Assembly (NCBI GenBank): GCA_905187655.1
Contig: CAJJIV010000002.1
Coordinates: forward strand, 1-41,064
Source: an uncultured Eubacteriales bacterium
GTDB lineage: Bacteria > Bacillota > Clostridia > Christensenellales > UBA1242
Length of the DNA stretch: 41,064 nucleotides
Direction: 5' to 3'
Under the pieces are notes generated by a model. That model ran no database searches and had not been told where the DNA came from. It saw only the letters and a list, made by a program, of their open reading frames with translations. Shown in pieces: positions 8,532 through 17,525 of this stretch (positions within the stretch are counted from its first letter, which is position 1; the number at the start of each line of letters is the position of its first letter). The translations under genes were made by a program, and so were the position numbers.

Positions 8532-9512
8532 ATGAAAAAAGAGGAAGGTAAGGTTAGGAAAAAAATAGTAGATTGGCTAAATAAACTTAAGCAAAAGGGA
8601 GAGTTAAAAAACAATATACAAAAAGTTTTAAACACTGTGGCGATAGATTATTATATGTACTATTTTGGTGCGGTTGACATAGAACCGCAATCTATTGAAG
8701 AAATTAAACAACTTGGAAAAGAGTATCCAGAATGGAATAATTTGTTGGAAATTTTTTACAAGACACTTGAAACAAATGACTTTTCTAAAATAAAGTCAAT
8801 GTTTGAAGATTTTGAAAATATGATAGCACACCGAAGCGAAAAAGAGATTGCACCTAAGGAAATTATTTATGCATTAAACCTGGGAGATTATGAACTTTTA
8901 ACAAAAATAAGAGAAAGATTAACAAAAGTGTTAAAAGTGAGCAAAGAAGAATTTTCTGAAATGCTTATTTCTGGAATTAAACAATGTGGAGAAGATTGTG
9001 TTTTTGTATTAGGTGAACTTTTAAAAAATGACAATCAACTATTAAGTAATTCTGCCATTGCGAAAACTTTGGTAGCGTCTGGTGCAAAAGGTACAAAACT
9101 AGCAACAGATATGTGTTTAAAATCCACAAAAATTGCTACCGATAAAAACTTGCTAGATACTATAAATAGTTTATTACAACAAAATATAGTTAAGATACAA
9201 AATAATAATTTAGCAATAAAAAAGGGTTGTAGATGTTATATTAATGCAACTACAAAAAATAAAGAACATTATGCCACTAAAGTAAGGGAAATGGTTAAGT
9301 TAAATGAATATTTAATTAAGCATACAGATGCACTTTTCTATTATTTAAAAACCGCAATTAATGTAAACATATCAACTGGAAAATATATTAAAATTGGCAA
9401 GATAGATGCCAAAGAAAAATATGATGAACTTGAATTGTTATATCATGAAGCCCAAAATAGTGGTGTTAAGGTTAAACATAAAGATAGTGAACTTGTTGCT
9501 GAAATGAGTTAA
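8532..9512 (+). CDS. hypothetical protein (326 aa)
   Basis: Long ORF with an AGGGGA SD. Predicted soluble and helical. No motif recognised. It has its own promoter and terminator. Confidence 0.6.
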   Translation: MKKEEGKVRKKIVDWLNKLKQKGELKNNIQKVLNTVAIDYYMYYFGAVDIEPQSIEEIKQLGKEYPEWNNLLEIFYKTLETNDFSKIKSMFEDFENMIAHRSEKEIAPKEIIYALNLGDYELLTKIRERLTKVLKVSKEEFSEMLISGIKQCGEDCVFVLGELLKNDNQLLSNSAIAKTLVASGAKGTKLATDMCLKSTKIATDKNLLDTINSLLQQNIVKIQNNNLAIKKGCRCYINATTKNKEHYATKVREMVKLNEYLIKHTDALFYYLKTAINVNISTGKYIKIGKIDAKEKYDELELLYHEAQNSGVKVKHKDSELVAEMS

Positions 9513-9528
9513 TATTTAAAAAAAATTA

Positions 9529-9577
9529 GCAATAAAGATTTTTCCATCAGCTATGGAATATCTCTATTGCTTTTTTT
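9529..9577 (+). terminator. rho-independent terminator
   Basis: Long imperfect hairpin: GCAATAAAGA...TCTCTATTGC with inner stem TTCCAT/ATGGAA, followed by T7. Confidence 0.7.
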
Positions 9578-9651
9578 GCTTATTAACAAAGCTATGTAAC
9601 GCATAGCATGTGGAAAATAAAAGGTTTTAGGCTTCTAAAGTAACTAAAAAG

Positions 9652-9680
9652 TTGACTTAAGTTATTTATAACATTATAAT
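9652..9680 (+). promoter_or_regulatory. putative sigma-A promoter of the radical SAM gene
   Basis: TTGACT (9652-9657), 17-nt spacer, TATAAT (9675-9680). The ATG lies only 11 nt downstream of the -10 box. Confidence 0.55.
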
Positions 9681-9691
9681 AACATTAAGAT

Positions 9692-10585
9692 ATGGAAGAA
9701 ACTAAATTTTGCAATTTATGTCCTAGGCAATGTGGGGTAGACCGAAGAACTACTGTTGGATTTTGTGGTATGGGAAAAAACTTAGTCGTATCACATTATA
9801 TGATTCACCACTATGAAGAACCGATTATTTCTGGTAAAAGTGAATGTGATAAGCGTGGAAGCGGTGCGATATTTTTTACCGGTTGTAATCTTGCATGTTC
9901 ATATTGTCAAAATTATAAAATTTCTCATCAAAAGTTTGGTAAAGAGTGTGCGGTTCAACGACTTGTTGAAATTATTAAGGAATTAGAGCATTTAGGTGCT
10001 TATAATATAAATTTTGTTACACCTACGCACTTTTCAGACCAAATTATTGAAGCACTTAAATTATACAAGCCCAAAGTACCTGTTGTATGGAATACTGGAG
10101 GATACGAAACTGAAGAGCAGATTGAAAGACTTAGGGGCTATGTAGATATTTTTTTAACTGATTTAAAATATTATTCCAAAGAAGCTTCAATGCTGTCCAA
10201 TGCACCAGATTATTTTGAATACGCAAGTAAAAGCCTAAAAAAAATGCGAGAAATATGTCCTGATGATATTATAGAAAACGGAATTATGCAAAAAGGATTA
10301 ATTATTAGGCATTTAGTTTTGCCAAATTACACAAATGATAGTGCCAATATTTTAAAATTTATTGCAAACGAAATAGGGAAAGACACAATTGTGTCTTTGT
10401 TAAGTCAGTATGAACCTTACTATAATGCAGTACAAGATACAAAAATAAATAGAAGAATAACAAAACTTGAATATAAAAGGTTAGTTCAATTGGCTCTTGC
10501 TTTGGGACTTAATAACACATACGTGCAAGATCAGTGTAGCAGTGATGTAAAATATGTGCCAGTATTTAATCCAAACAAAATTTAA
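9692..10585 (+). CDS. radical SAM protein, PflX-like (COG1313-type putative activating enzyme)
   Basis: CNLACSYCQN (CxxxCxxC) plus an N-terminal Cys cluster CNLCPRQCGVDRRTTVGFCG, which is typical of the PflX group. 297 aa. Confidence 0.75.
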   Translation: MEETKFCNLCPRQCGVDRRTTVGFCGMGKNLVVSHYMIHHYEEPIISGKSECDKRGSGAIFFTGCNLACSYCQNYKISHQKFGKECAVQRLVEIIKELEHLGAYNINFVTPTHFSDQIIEALKLYKPKVPVVWNTGGYETEEQIERLRGYVDIFLTDLKYYSKEASMLSNAPDYFEYASKSLKKMREICPDDIIENGIMQKGLIIRHLVLPNYTNDSANILKFIANEIGKDTIVSLLSQYEPYYNAVQDTKINRRITKLEYKRLVQLALALGLNNTYVQDQCSSDVKYVPVFNPNKI

Positions 10586-10612
10586 AAAATTTTTTTGAAA
10601 TTGTTAATTATT

Positions 10613-10641
10613 TTGACATTGCAATATACTAATTGTACAAT
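10613..10641 (+). promoter_or_regulatory. putative sigma-A promoter of the LRR surface protein gene
   Basis: TTGACA (10613-10618), 17-nt spacer, TACAAT (10636-10641). An AAAGGAG SD precedes the ATG at 10701. Confidence 0.5.
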
Positions 10642-10700
10642 ATAAGCAATTGATACTTCAGAAAGTTTGTTTGTAATTTGACATACAAAGGAGTAAATTT

Positions 10701-13700
10701 ATGAAAAAGAAAATTTTGTATTGGGTGAATGGTATAATAATTGGTTTAATTATTGTAAGTACCGTTGTGCTTGCTATTGTATTTTCAGCAAACACCCATA
10801 AAATTAATTACTACGACTGTGGAGCAACTGATCATATTGCGCTTAGTGGAACATTTGAAGGCATGTACCCTACAAAACATCGTAATGGAACAGATACTTA
10901 TTTAAATGCTCCAACTAAAATAGGTTATTCCTTTGAGGGTTGGTTTGAAAATTATAATGGAACAGGAAATCGCATAACAAAAATTAGCGCCGAAAATGAC
11001 TATAAACGCAAAATAAACCTTTATGCGAAATGGAAACCAGAAACCTATGCAATTATATACAAAGATTTAAATTCCGATGGTGAGGCGACCGACTTTTCAG
11101 GTGTCCATTCTGATATATATCCAACATTGCACACCTATGGTACCGAAACCATTTTAGATGTGCCTACTAAAGATGGATTTGCCTTTAGAGGCTATTATTT
11201 GCAGAACTCCACAAGTGGGGTATCGGTAACCAATTTATCTGCAGAAGGATATACAGGAACAATTACTCTTTATGCAAATTGGATATCTGTATTAACTGCA
11301 CCATTGGGTGTAAATTTCAGTTCAGAAGAGAACACTCTTACATGGGATTCTGTTAAAAATGCAATTGGGTATGATGTATATGATGGCACAGAGAAACTAA
11401 ATACAACACCAATAACAAGCACTGCATTTAATGTAGGAACAAGACCAGCAGGAACAACAAGTGCATTTAGTGTAGTTGCTGTTTCGGTAAATACCACTCC
11501 AGAGGAAAACTTTAATAGTCCAAAATCTGCAGTTGTATATAATATAAACGAACTAGAAGAAACAAGTTATACAGATAAACTTGATGTGTCTACCGAAAGT
11601 GGCATAGTTACCGCCTTTTATGATAGCACTAATGGAACATTAACCATACTTGGTAATGGAGAAGTATCTAGTAGTATAATAGATAAACTTAACGAAATAA
11701 GTGAAGATGAAGCAAAAAAGGTAACAACCATAGACCTTTCAAACTCAGCGATAACAAGCATAGATAAAGAAACTTTTGGGAAGTTTACCGGAATTACCAA
11801 TGTGCAAAGCGGAAAGAATGTTAAAAGGATTGGAGAAGGTGCCTTTTATATGTGCGACACCCTTGAAACAGTTGACCTGCCAGAAGGAATAGTAACTATA
11901 GGGGATCGTGCGTTTAGAGAGTGTACAAGCTTAACCGATGTTAACTTGCCAAGCACATTAACACAAATAGGGCGAGAAGCTTTTTACAACTGCACAAGCC
12001 TTGGTGAGATAGTAATACCAGGCAGTGTAAAACGCATACCAAGTGAAGCCTTTTTGGGTTGCACATGGCTTTCAAGTGTAGTTATGGAAGATGGGGTAGA
12101 AGAGATTGGGTATAATGCATTTAGCAATTGCTCTAGTTTAACAAACGTAACTTTTTCTAGCACCTTAACAAGAATAGAAGAAATGGCATTTAGTATGTCT
12201 GGGAGCAGTGAAACACCAATAGCGACAATAGACCTGCCTGCAGGATTAAAATATTTGGGTGTATATGCTTTTGCTGGCACTAATATTGATGCTGTTACAA
12301 TTGGAAGCGGGCTTGATGAACTGAGAGAAGGAGTGTTTATTGAATCTAGCATAACAAGCATTCAGCTTCCAAGCACAATTAATTCAATTGGGAATATGGC
12401 ATTTGCTTACTGTGAATTATTAAACGATGTTAAAATTTCAGAAAATTTAAGTATAATTGGAAACATGGCATTTCTTGATTGCCATTCATTAACAGAAATA
12501 AGCATACCTAATTCGGTAAATAGTATAGGAACAGATGCCTTTCGTGGTTGCGAGTTATTAGAAATAATTAGTTTGCCAAAGATGATAACAACACTAGGTG
12601 CTTCTGCTTTTGCAGAATGTACAAGTTTAAGAGTATTAAGTGCAAATGGATGTACAGACTTAACTAATTTTGATTCAAGTGTGCTAAGTGGCTGTACTGC
12701 TCTTGAAGGGTTAGATTTAAGCAATACTGCAATTGCAAGCTTAACCATTGATTCTAGTTGCAAAAATAGTTTATTAGCTGTTAATTTAAGTGGTTGCAGT
12801 AATTTTAAAAACCTTGGAGATGAAATTTTTTATAACTGCACTGCTTTAACAGATGTGATTTTGCCTGCTGGTTTAACAGGTATTGGCAATAGTGCCTTTA
12901 ATAATTGCACTGCACTAACAAGTATAGAAATCCCAGACTCGGTTACAAGTTTTGGAAGTTATGCTTTTGATAACTGCACCTCGCTAACAAGTATAACCTT
13001 GCCAAGCGGGCTAACAAGCATAGAGTATAGGGCTTTTTCTAACTGCACATCATTAACAAGCATAGAAATCCCAGACTCGGTTACAAGTATAGGAGGATAT
13101 GCTTTTCAACTTTGCACATCATTAACCAGTATAACCTTGTCAAGCGGGCTAACAAGTATAGGGGAGTATGCTTTTGATATCTGCACCTCGCTAACAAGCA
13201 TAGCTTTGCCAAGCGGGCTAACAAGCATATGGGATGATGCTTTTTCAGGTTGCTCCTCACTAACAAGCATAGAAATCCCAGGCTCGGTTACAAGTTTTGG
13301 AAGTTATGCTTTTTATAACTGCACATCACTAACCAACGTTACCTTGCTAAGCGGGTTAACAAGTATAGGGGATTGGGCTTTTTCAGGTTGCACCTCGCTA
13401 ACAAGTATAGAAATTCCAGGCTCGGTTACAAGTATTGGGGGTTCTGCTTTTCAACGTTGCACTTCGCTGACAAGCATAACCTTGCCAAGCGGGCCAACAA
13501 GCATAGGGAATTCTGCTTTTTCTAATTGCACTTCACTAACAAGCATAGAAATACCAGGCTCGGTTACAAGTATTGGGAATCAAGCTTTTCAAGGTTGCTC
13601 TTCGCTGACAAGCATAACCTTGCCAAGCGGGCTAACAAGCATAGGGAATTCTGCTTTTGAGAACTGCACTTCACTAGCAAGCATAACCTTGGCAAGCGGG

Positions 13701-14078
13701 CTAACAAGTATTGGAGGTTCTGCTTTTTATGGTTGCACATCGCTAACAAGTATAGAAATCCCAGACTCGGTTATAAGTATAGGAGGATATGCTTTTCAAC
13801 GTTGCACATCATTAACCAGTATAACCTTGTCAAGCGGGCTAACAAGTATTGGAAGTTATGCTTTTTATACCTGTACTTCGTTAACTACTATAACAATAGA
13901 TAGTGCAAAAATTGCTTCTTCATTAAGTTCACAGACATCAAATGGCTATATTATTTATTATGCAACAACAATTTATGTTAAAAGCGACTTAGATGTATCG
14001 GGCTCAACGTATTTATTAAATAATTACACAAAACAAACAACAAGTGATAAAGCGGGCTATGATATGTATACCAAGTAA
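10701..14078 (+). CDS. large BspA-type leucine-rich-repeat surface protein
   Basis: 1125 aa. N-terminal signal-anchor TM (IIIGLIIVSTVVLAIVF). Two Listeria-Bacteroides (Flg_new-type) repeats (GYSFEGWF...LYAKW; GFAFRGYY...LYANW). An FN3-like segment. About 30 Cys-containing 23-aa LRR units (xCTSLTSIxIPxSVTSIGxxAFx). No LPXTG motif seen. Confidence 0.85.
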   Translation: MKKKILYWVNGIIIGLIIVSTVVLAIVFSANTHKINYYDCGATDHIALSGTFEGMYPTKHRNGTDTYLNAPTKIGYSFEGWFENYNGTGNRITKISAENDYKRKINLYAKWKPETYAIIYKDLNSDGEATDFSGVHSDIYPTLHTYGTETILDVPTKDGFAFRGYYLQNSTSGVSVTNLSAEGYTGTITLYANWISVLTAPLGVNFSSEENTLTWDSVKNAIGYDVYDGTEKLNTTPITSTAFNVGTRPAGTTSAFSVVAVSVNTTPEENFNSPKSAVVYNINELEETSYTDKLDVSTESGIVTAFYDSTNGTLTILGNGEVSSSIIDKLNEISEDEAKKVTTIDLSNSAITSIDKETFGKFTGITNVQSGKNVKRIGEGAFYMCDTLETVDLPEGIVTIGDRAFRECTSLTDVNLPSTLTQIGREAFYNCTSLGEIVIPGSVKRIPSEAFLGCTWLSSVVMEDGVEEIGYNAFSNCSSLTNVTFSSTLTRIEEMAFSMSGSSETPIATIDLPAGLKYLGVYAFAGTNIDAVTIGSGLDELREGVFIESSITSIQLPSTINSIGNMAFAYCELLNDVKISENLSIIGNMAFLDCHSLTEISIPNSVNSIGTDAFRGCELLEIISLPKMITTLGASAFAECTSLRVLSANGCTDLTNFDSSVLSGCTALEGLDLSNTAIASLTIDSSCKNSLLAVNLSGCSNFKNLGDEIFYNCTALTDVILPAGLTGIGNSAFNNCTALTSIEIPDSVTSFGSYAFDNCTSLTSITLPSGLTSIEYRAFSNCTSLTSIEIPDSVTSIGGYAFQLCTSLTSITLSSGLTSIGEYAFDICTSLTSIALPSGLTSIWDDAFSGCSSLTSIEIPGSVTSFGSYAFYNCTSLTNVTLLSGLTSIGDWAFSGCTSLTSIEIPGSVTSIGGSAFQRCTSLTSITLPSGPTSIGNSAFSNCTSLTSIEIPGSVTSIGNQAFQGCSSLTSITLPSGLTSIGNSAFENCTSLASITLASGLTSIGGSAFYGCTSLTSIEIPDSVISIGGYAFQRCTSLTSITLSSGLTSIGSYAFYTCTSLTTITIDSAKIASSLSSQTSNGYIIYYATTIYVKSDLDVSGSTYLLNNYTKQTTSDKAGYDMYTK
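12834..13868 (+). repeat. in-frame tandem array, 15 x 69 nt (23-aa LRR units; alternating IEIP / ITLP subtypes give a 138-nt super-period)
   Basis: Units start at the NCT/GCT codons. Non-adjacent units are near-identical at the DNA level: roughly 13041-13160 and 13737-13856 differ at only a handful of positions. Confidence 0.9.
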
Positions 14079-14082
14079 AATT

Positions 14083-14120
14083 AAAAAAGTCTGTTACCAA
14101 ATGGGTAACAGGCTTTTTTA
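14083..14120 (+). terminator. rho-independent terminator of the LRR gene
   Basis: An A-run, then stem AGTCTGTTACC / GGTAACAGGCT (14088-14098 / 14104-14114), then a T-run. Confidence 0.8.
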
Positions 14121-14139
14121 AGTGACAAATTAGGAGCAG

Positions 14140-14180
14140 TCATGCAACAAAAATAACATCAACATTTCAGTGATGTTATT
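14140..14180 (-). terminator. terminator of the yabP-yabQ-divIC operon
   Basis: Stem AATAACATCA / TGATGTTATT (14152-14161 / 14171-14180) overlapping the divIC stop. On the minus strand it is followed by TTTTGTT. Confidence 0.55.
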
Positions 14181-14460
14181 TTGTTATTTCAAAATATGTT
14201 TCGTTCTCATCTATCATACCAAGTTCATCACGAACATATTCTTCTAGATAAATGGAGTTCGAGCGATTTTCAATGCTGTTTGACAAGTTATAACGCTTTT
14301 CAGTTTGTGCTGTTATATCTGCTTGAAGTTGGTCTAATTGTTTATTTAATTTATGCAAGTTAATATATTGCCCAATAATAATGGACACCAAAATTATTAT
14401 AAACAACGTTGCGCACGTGGTTATTAATTTAACAATATTATTTAATTTTGTTTGTTCCAT
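14176..14460 (-). CDS. divIC: septum formation initiator family protein (DivIC/FtsB-like)
   Basis: 94 aa with an N-terminal TM, a coiled coil (LHKLNKQLDQLQADITAQTEKR) and a conserved C-terminal segment (IEEYVRDELGM-like). yabP-yabQ-divIC synteny. Confidence 0.7.
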   Translation of the reverse strand: MEQTKLNNIVKLITTCATLFIIILVSIIIGQYINLHKLNKQLDQLQADITAQTEKRYNLSNSIENRSNSIYLEEYVRDELGMIDENETYFEITK

Positions 14461-14800
14461 TTGGCTTTGCCCTTCTTTTGGTGTGAGTGTCTAGCCATTT
14501 CACACATTTTATAATGTAATTATAAACTAAATCTAATAAAAAATCAACAAATTTTCCTATGCTAACAAGTTCAGTAATTATGCCCGCCAAAAATCCTGCG
14601 ACTTCATACATTCTTATAATTCCGCAGTTTTTTGTAAATATGCAGTAAATAAATATTATTCCACTAATGATTGTACTAATAAAGTCTAAAATTATGGTTA
14701 CAATAATGTTATTTTTAAATACTCTTTTAATAAAACCATTAAGAGTAAAAACAACACCGGCAAATATTCCATAAAGAATTGTAAACAAAAAGACTTGCAT
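14438..14800 (-). CDS. yabQ: spore cortex biosynthesis protein YabQ
   Basis: 120 aa polytopic membrane protein directly after yabP. Overlaps divIC by 23 nt. Confidence 0.65.
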   Translation of the reverse strand: MQVFLFTILYGIFAGVVFTLNGFIKRVFKNNIIVTIILDFISTIISGIIFIYCIFTKNCGIIRMYEVAGFLAGIITELVSIGKFVDFLLDLVYNYIIKCVKWLDTHTKRRAKPNGTNKIK

Positions 14801-14808
14801 TAGTTCTC

Positions 14809-15072
14809 CTATTTAATCAGTTTTTGAAAAAAACTTTTTTTTGCTTTCACATATTCTAATTTAACAACTTCACCTTCGGCTTCTAATATATGTTCCTTTG
14901 TTGCAAGATTTTTAACTTTAAGGTTATAACCGCATATTGCAAGGGGTCCGCCTTCGGTTTTAACATCAATTTGGTTTGCTGTTGCTGATATACATTCTAT
15001 AACACCGGTTAACTTAATTTGATTTCTATTCAAAACTTCAATTGCAAATTCTTTATTTGTTGTTTCTGGCAC
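14809..15072 (-). CDS. yabP: sporulation protein YabP
   Basis: 87 aa, YabP/YqfC family (paralog of the product at 71..337). GTG start after AAAGGAGA. Confidence 0.75.
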   Translation of the reverse strand: MPETTNKEFAIEVLNRNQIKLTGVIECISATANQIDVKTEGGPLAICGYNLKVKNLATKEHILEAEGEVVKLEYVKAKKSFFQKLIK

Positions 15073-15207
15073 TTTTTAGTTCTCCTTTTATTATACTTGA
15101 TAAATTGTATGCAAAAAGTGTTTGCTTTATGTTTGTTTTAAGATAAGACAAAAACTACAAATAATTGCATTAACAAACTTTAGTAAGCCAATTATACTTG
15201 AATATAT

Positions 15208-17484
15208 ATGGGAGAAAAAATAAAAAAATTTAAAGCAATTTTATATTCTTGTTTAATTTTTGTTATATATTTGGTTCTACAAAGGGCACAATTGTCTCCG
15301 TATGTGTCACCTTTTGCATTGGCTTTTTTATTTGCATTGGGCTACAACTATAATTCATATTTGTTTAACGCACTTGCATATTCTATTACTTTTTTAATTA
15401 CAAAATTTTCAGCATTAAATTTAATAGTCCTTTTAAATGTGCTTTTATGCTTTGCCATTATGTTCTTTTTAACTAAAAAGTTTGGTGAGCAGGTGCCCAA
15501 AGTTATAATTTTTTTGCTTGTCCTGTTTTCTTGTGTTGGGAATATTTGTGTTAATGCAATGGATAGTGCAAGTTTGGTTCAATTAATTGTATCTGCTTTT
15601 TTAAGCATGGCTTTTTGTTATACTGACATGTGCTTTTTAAAGGTGTTAAAACTTAAAGGCACAAGTGCTGAACTTATGTTAGATGAGGCGGTTGGGCTTG
15701 CCTTGTTTGTTATGAGTTTAAGTTTGGGCTTATATGAAATATATGTATTTAACATTTCGGTGCTTGGTGTTCTTGTGGTATTTTTTGTGCTTTTGTTTGG
15801 GAATATTAAAAGCAATAGTTATGTTATGGCATTTGCTATTTGTGTAGGAATTGGTGTTGCATTTGGCACTGGGAGTATTGTTAGCTTGGCTGTGTATGCT
15901 TGTTATGCAATTATTGAAGTATTAACTAACAGAACCATTAAGTATTTTAGTGCATCGCTTATTATTTTTGTTGATTGTTTGCTTGGGGTCTATTTTAATG
16001 CGTATGCAATTTATAATATTTATAACTTCTTGGCACCATTTATTGGTTCGGTTTCTTTTTTATGTATTCCGCAACGGGTTATTAATAGATTATCTCAAAC
16101 TCTTAATGTAATTAATTATGATTCAATAGTTTTTGAAGAACAAAAGTTACAAATGTCTAAGCGGTTAAACAATTTGGCGGATTTATTGTTTTTAATTGAT
16201 GATTGTTATAAGCAAATGTTAGTTGGTGAGTTTAGTGCGGAAGAAGTTAAAATAGCACTAAGAAAGGAATTGTTTTTAAAGGTGTGTAAAAATTGTCCCA
16301 ACAGTGTTAATTGTTACAGTGAAAAACGGAATATGACCGATTGCTTAGAAACGGCAATTTGGGTTGCGCTTAAAAAAGGCAATATAAGATTTGTGGATAT
16401 GCCCGAACAAATGACATCATGCGAAAATTATAATAGTATTATTAGTATAATTAATCAGCTTGTGGAACAATATAAACGATACACTAAAAAAATTTCCGCA
16501 GAAAACAAGTCTAAGGTTATGGTTGGAAATCAGCTTATGTCGGCAGGCAAAACTATTAAGGAAATGCTTGTTAATTTTGACAAAAAAACTAGAGCAGAAT
16601 ATAAAGAAGAACAAGCATTTTTGCAAGAACTTTTGTATAATCATATTTCTGCTAAAGAGTGTGTCATTATAAATAGTGGTGATTTTGTTGAAACTGCAAT
16701 TGTTGTTGTTCCGCTTGGCGTAAATAAAGATGATTTTTTGCTGGCAAGTGAAAAGTTCTTTAAAATCAAATTAGGTATAGAGTATGCGAGATATTCAAAA
16801 TTTAAAGGAATGCAAGAAGTAAAACTAAGAAGAAGCCCTAAGTTTGGTTTTGTTTTTGGAAGTAGTAGTGTGAGCAAAAACAACAATGAGTTTAATGGCG
16901 ATTGTTTTAGTTTTGTTGACCTTGGCGATGGCAAGTTTTTGTTCTCAATTAGTGATGGTAAGGGTTCAGGCAAAAACGCCCAAAATATTTCTGAGAGAAC
17001 CATGAGATTAATTGAATTTTATTACAAGGCTGGCATTGAAGCTGGGCTTATGATTAATAGCCTTAACCAAATAATGTCATTTAATAACACGGAAAATTTT
17101 AGTGCTGTTGATATATGTTTGGCTGATACAAATAGCGGAAAATTAGATTTTATTAAACTGGGGTCTACTCCTAGTGTTATTAAGCGAAGTGAAAAAATTG
17201 AAGCTATTGTAAGTGAAAGTCTGCCAGTTGGAGTATGTGAATTTGCGAAAATAAATATAAAAAAAGATTGCTTGGTTATTGGTGACATTGTTGTATTATC
17301 TAGCGATGGTGTTTTTGATAGTTTTGGAGATTTAAATGATTATATGGGTTTCATTAATAACCTAAGAATAGTTAATATGGACTTATTTGCCAAAAGTATT
17401 TTAGAAGAAGCAATATGCCGAAGTGGTGGAAAAGCTGTAGATGATATGACTGTTATTGCGTTTAGGTGGCTTGGGAATTATTAA
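15208..17484 (+). CDS. spoIIE: stage II sporulation protein E (membrane PP2C phosphatase)
   Basis: 758 aa. About 10 N-terminal TM helices, a central regulatory region and a C-terminal PP2C/SpoIIE domain (GDCFSFVDLGDGKFLFSISDGKGSG; VLSSDGVFD; DDMTVIAF). Confidence 0.9.
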   Translation: MGEKIKKFKAILYSCLIFVIYLVLQRAQLSPYVSPFALAFLFALGYNYNSYLFNALAYSITFLITKFSALNLIVLLNVLLCFAIMFFLTKKFGEQVPKVIIFLLVLFSCVGNICVNAMDSASLVQLIVSAFLSMAFCYTDMCFLKVLKLKGTSAELMLDEAVGLALFVMSLSLGLYEIYVFNISVLGVLVVFFVLLFGNIKSNSYVMAFAICVGIGVAFGTGSIVSLAVYACYAIIEVLTNRTIKYFSASLIIFVDCLLGVYFNAYAIYNIYNFLAPFIGSVSFLCIPQRVINRLSQTLNVINYDSIVFEEQKLQMSKRLNNLADLLFLIDDCYKQMLVGEFSAEEVKIALRKELFLKVCKNCPNSVNCYSEKRNMTDCLETAIWVALKKGNIRFVDMPEQMTSCENYNSIISIINQLVEQYKRYTKKISAENKSKVMVGNQLMSAGKTIKEMLVNFDKKTRAEYKEEQAFLQELLYNHISAKECVIINSGDFVETAIVVVPLGVNKDDFLLASEKFFKIKLGIEYARYSKFKGMQEVKLRRSPKFGFVFGSSSVSKNNNEFNGDCFSFVDLGDGKFLFSISDGKGSGKNAQNISERTMRLIEFYYKAGIEAGLMINSLNQIMSFNNTENFSAVDICLADTNSGKLDFIKLGSTPSVIKRSEKIEAIVSESLPVGVCEFAKINIKKDCLVIGDIVVLSSDGVFDSFGDLNDYMGFINNLRIVNMDLFAKSILEEAICRSGGKAVDDMTVIAFRWLGNY

Positions 17485-17507
17485 AAGGCTTGCCAAAAAG
17501 CCTTTTT
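17483..17507 (+). terminator. hairpin/terminator after spoIIE
   Basis: AAAAGGCTT / AAGCCTTTT stem with a 6-nt loop and trailing Ts. AU-rich, so probably weak. Confidence 0.45.
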
Positions 17508-17518
17508 GGCAGTATAAT
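17490..17518 (+). promoter_or_regulatory. putative promoter of tilS embedded in the spoIIE terminator
   Basis: TTGCCA (17490-17495), 17-nt spacer, TATAAT (17513-17518). The tilS ATG at 17526 begins 7 nt after the -10 box and has no SD. Confidence 0.45.
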
Positions 17519-17525
17519 TGTGTTG

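Noticed and set aside
11984-12763. Minus-strand ORFs of 125 and 118 aa (11984..12361, 12407..12763), plus 11270..11497, 11618..11800, 13081..13266 and 13564..13749, all inside the LRR gene.
   Set aside because: They are antisense shadow ORFs of a repetitive, compositionally biased CDS. They have no SD, their products are low-complexity (for example repeated LLARLARL), and they are fully contained in a well-supported gene.
12834-13868. Regularly spaced repeats that could be mistaken for a CRISPR array.
   Set aside because: The units are contiguous 69-nt in-frame coding repeats of an LRR protein. There is no repeat/unique-spacer alternation, and no cas genes or leader.
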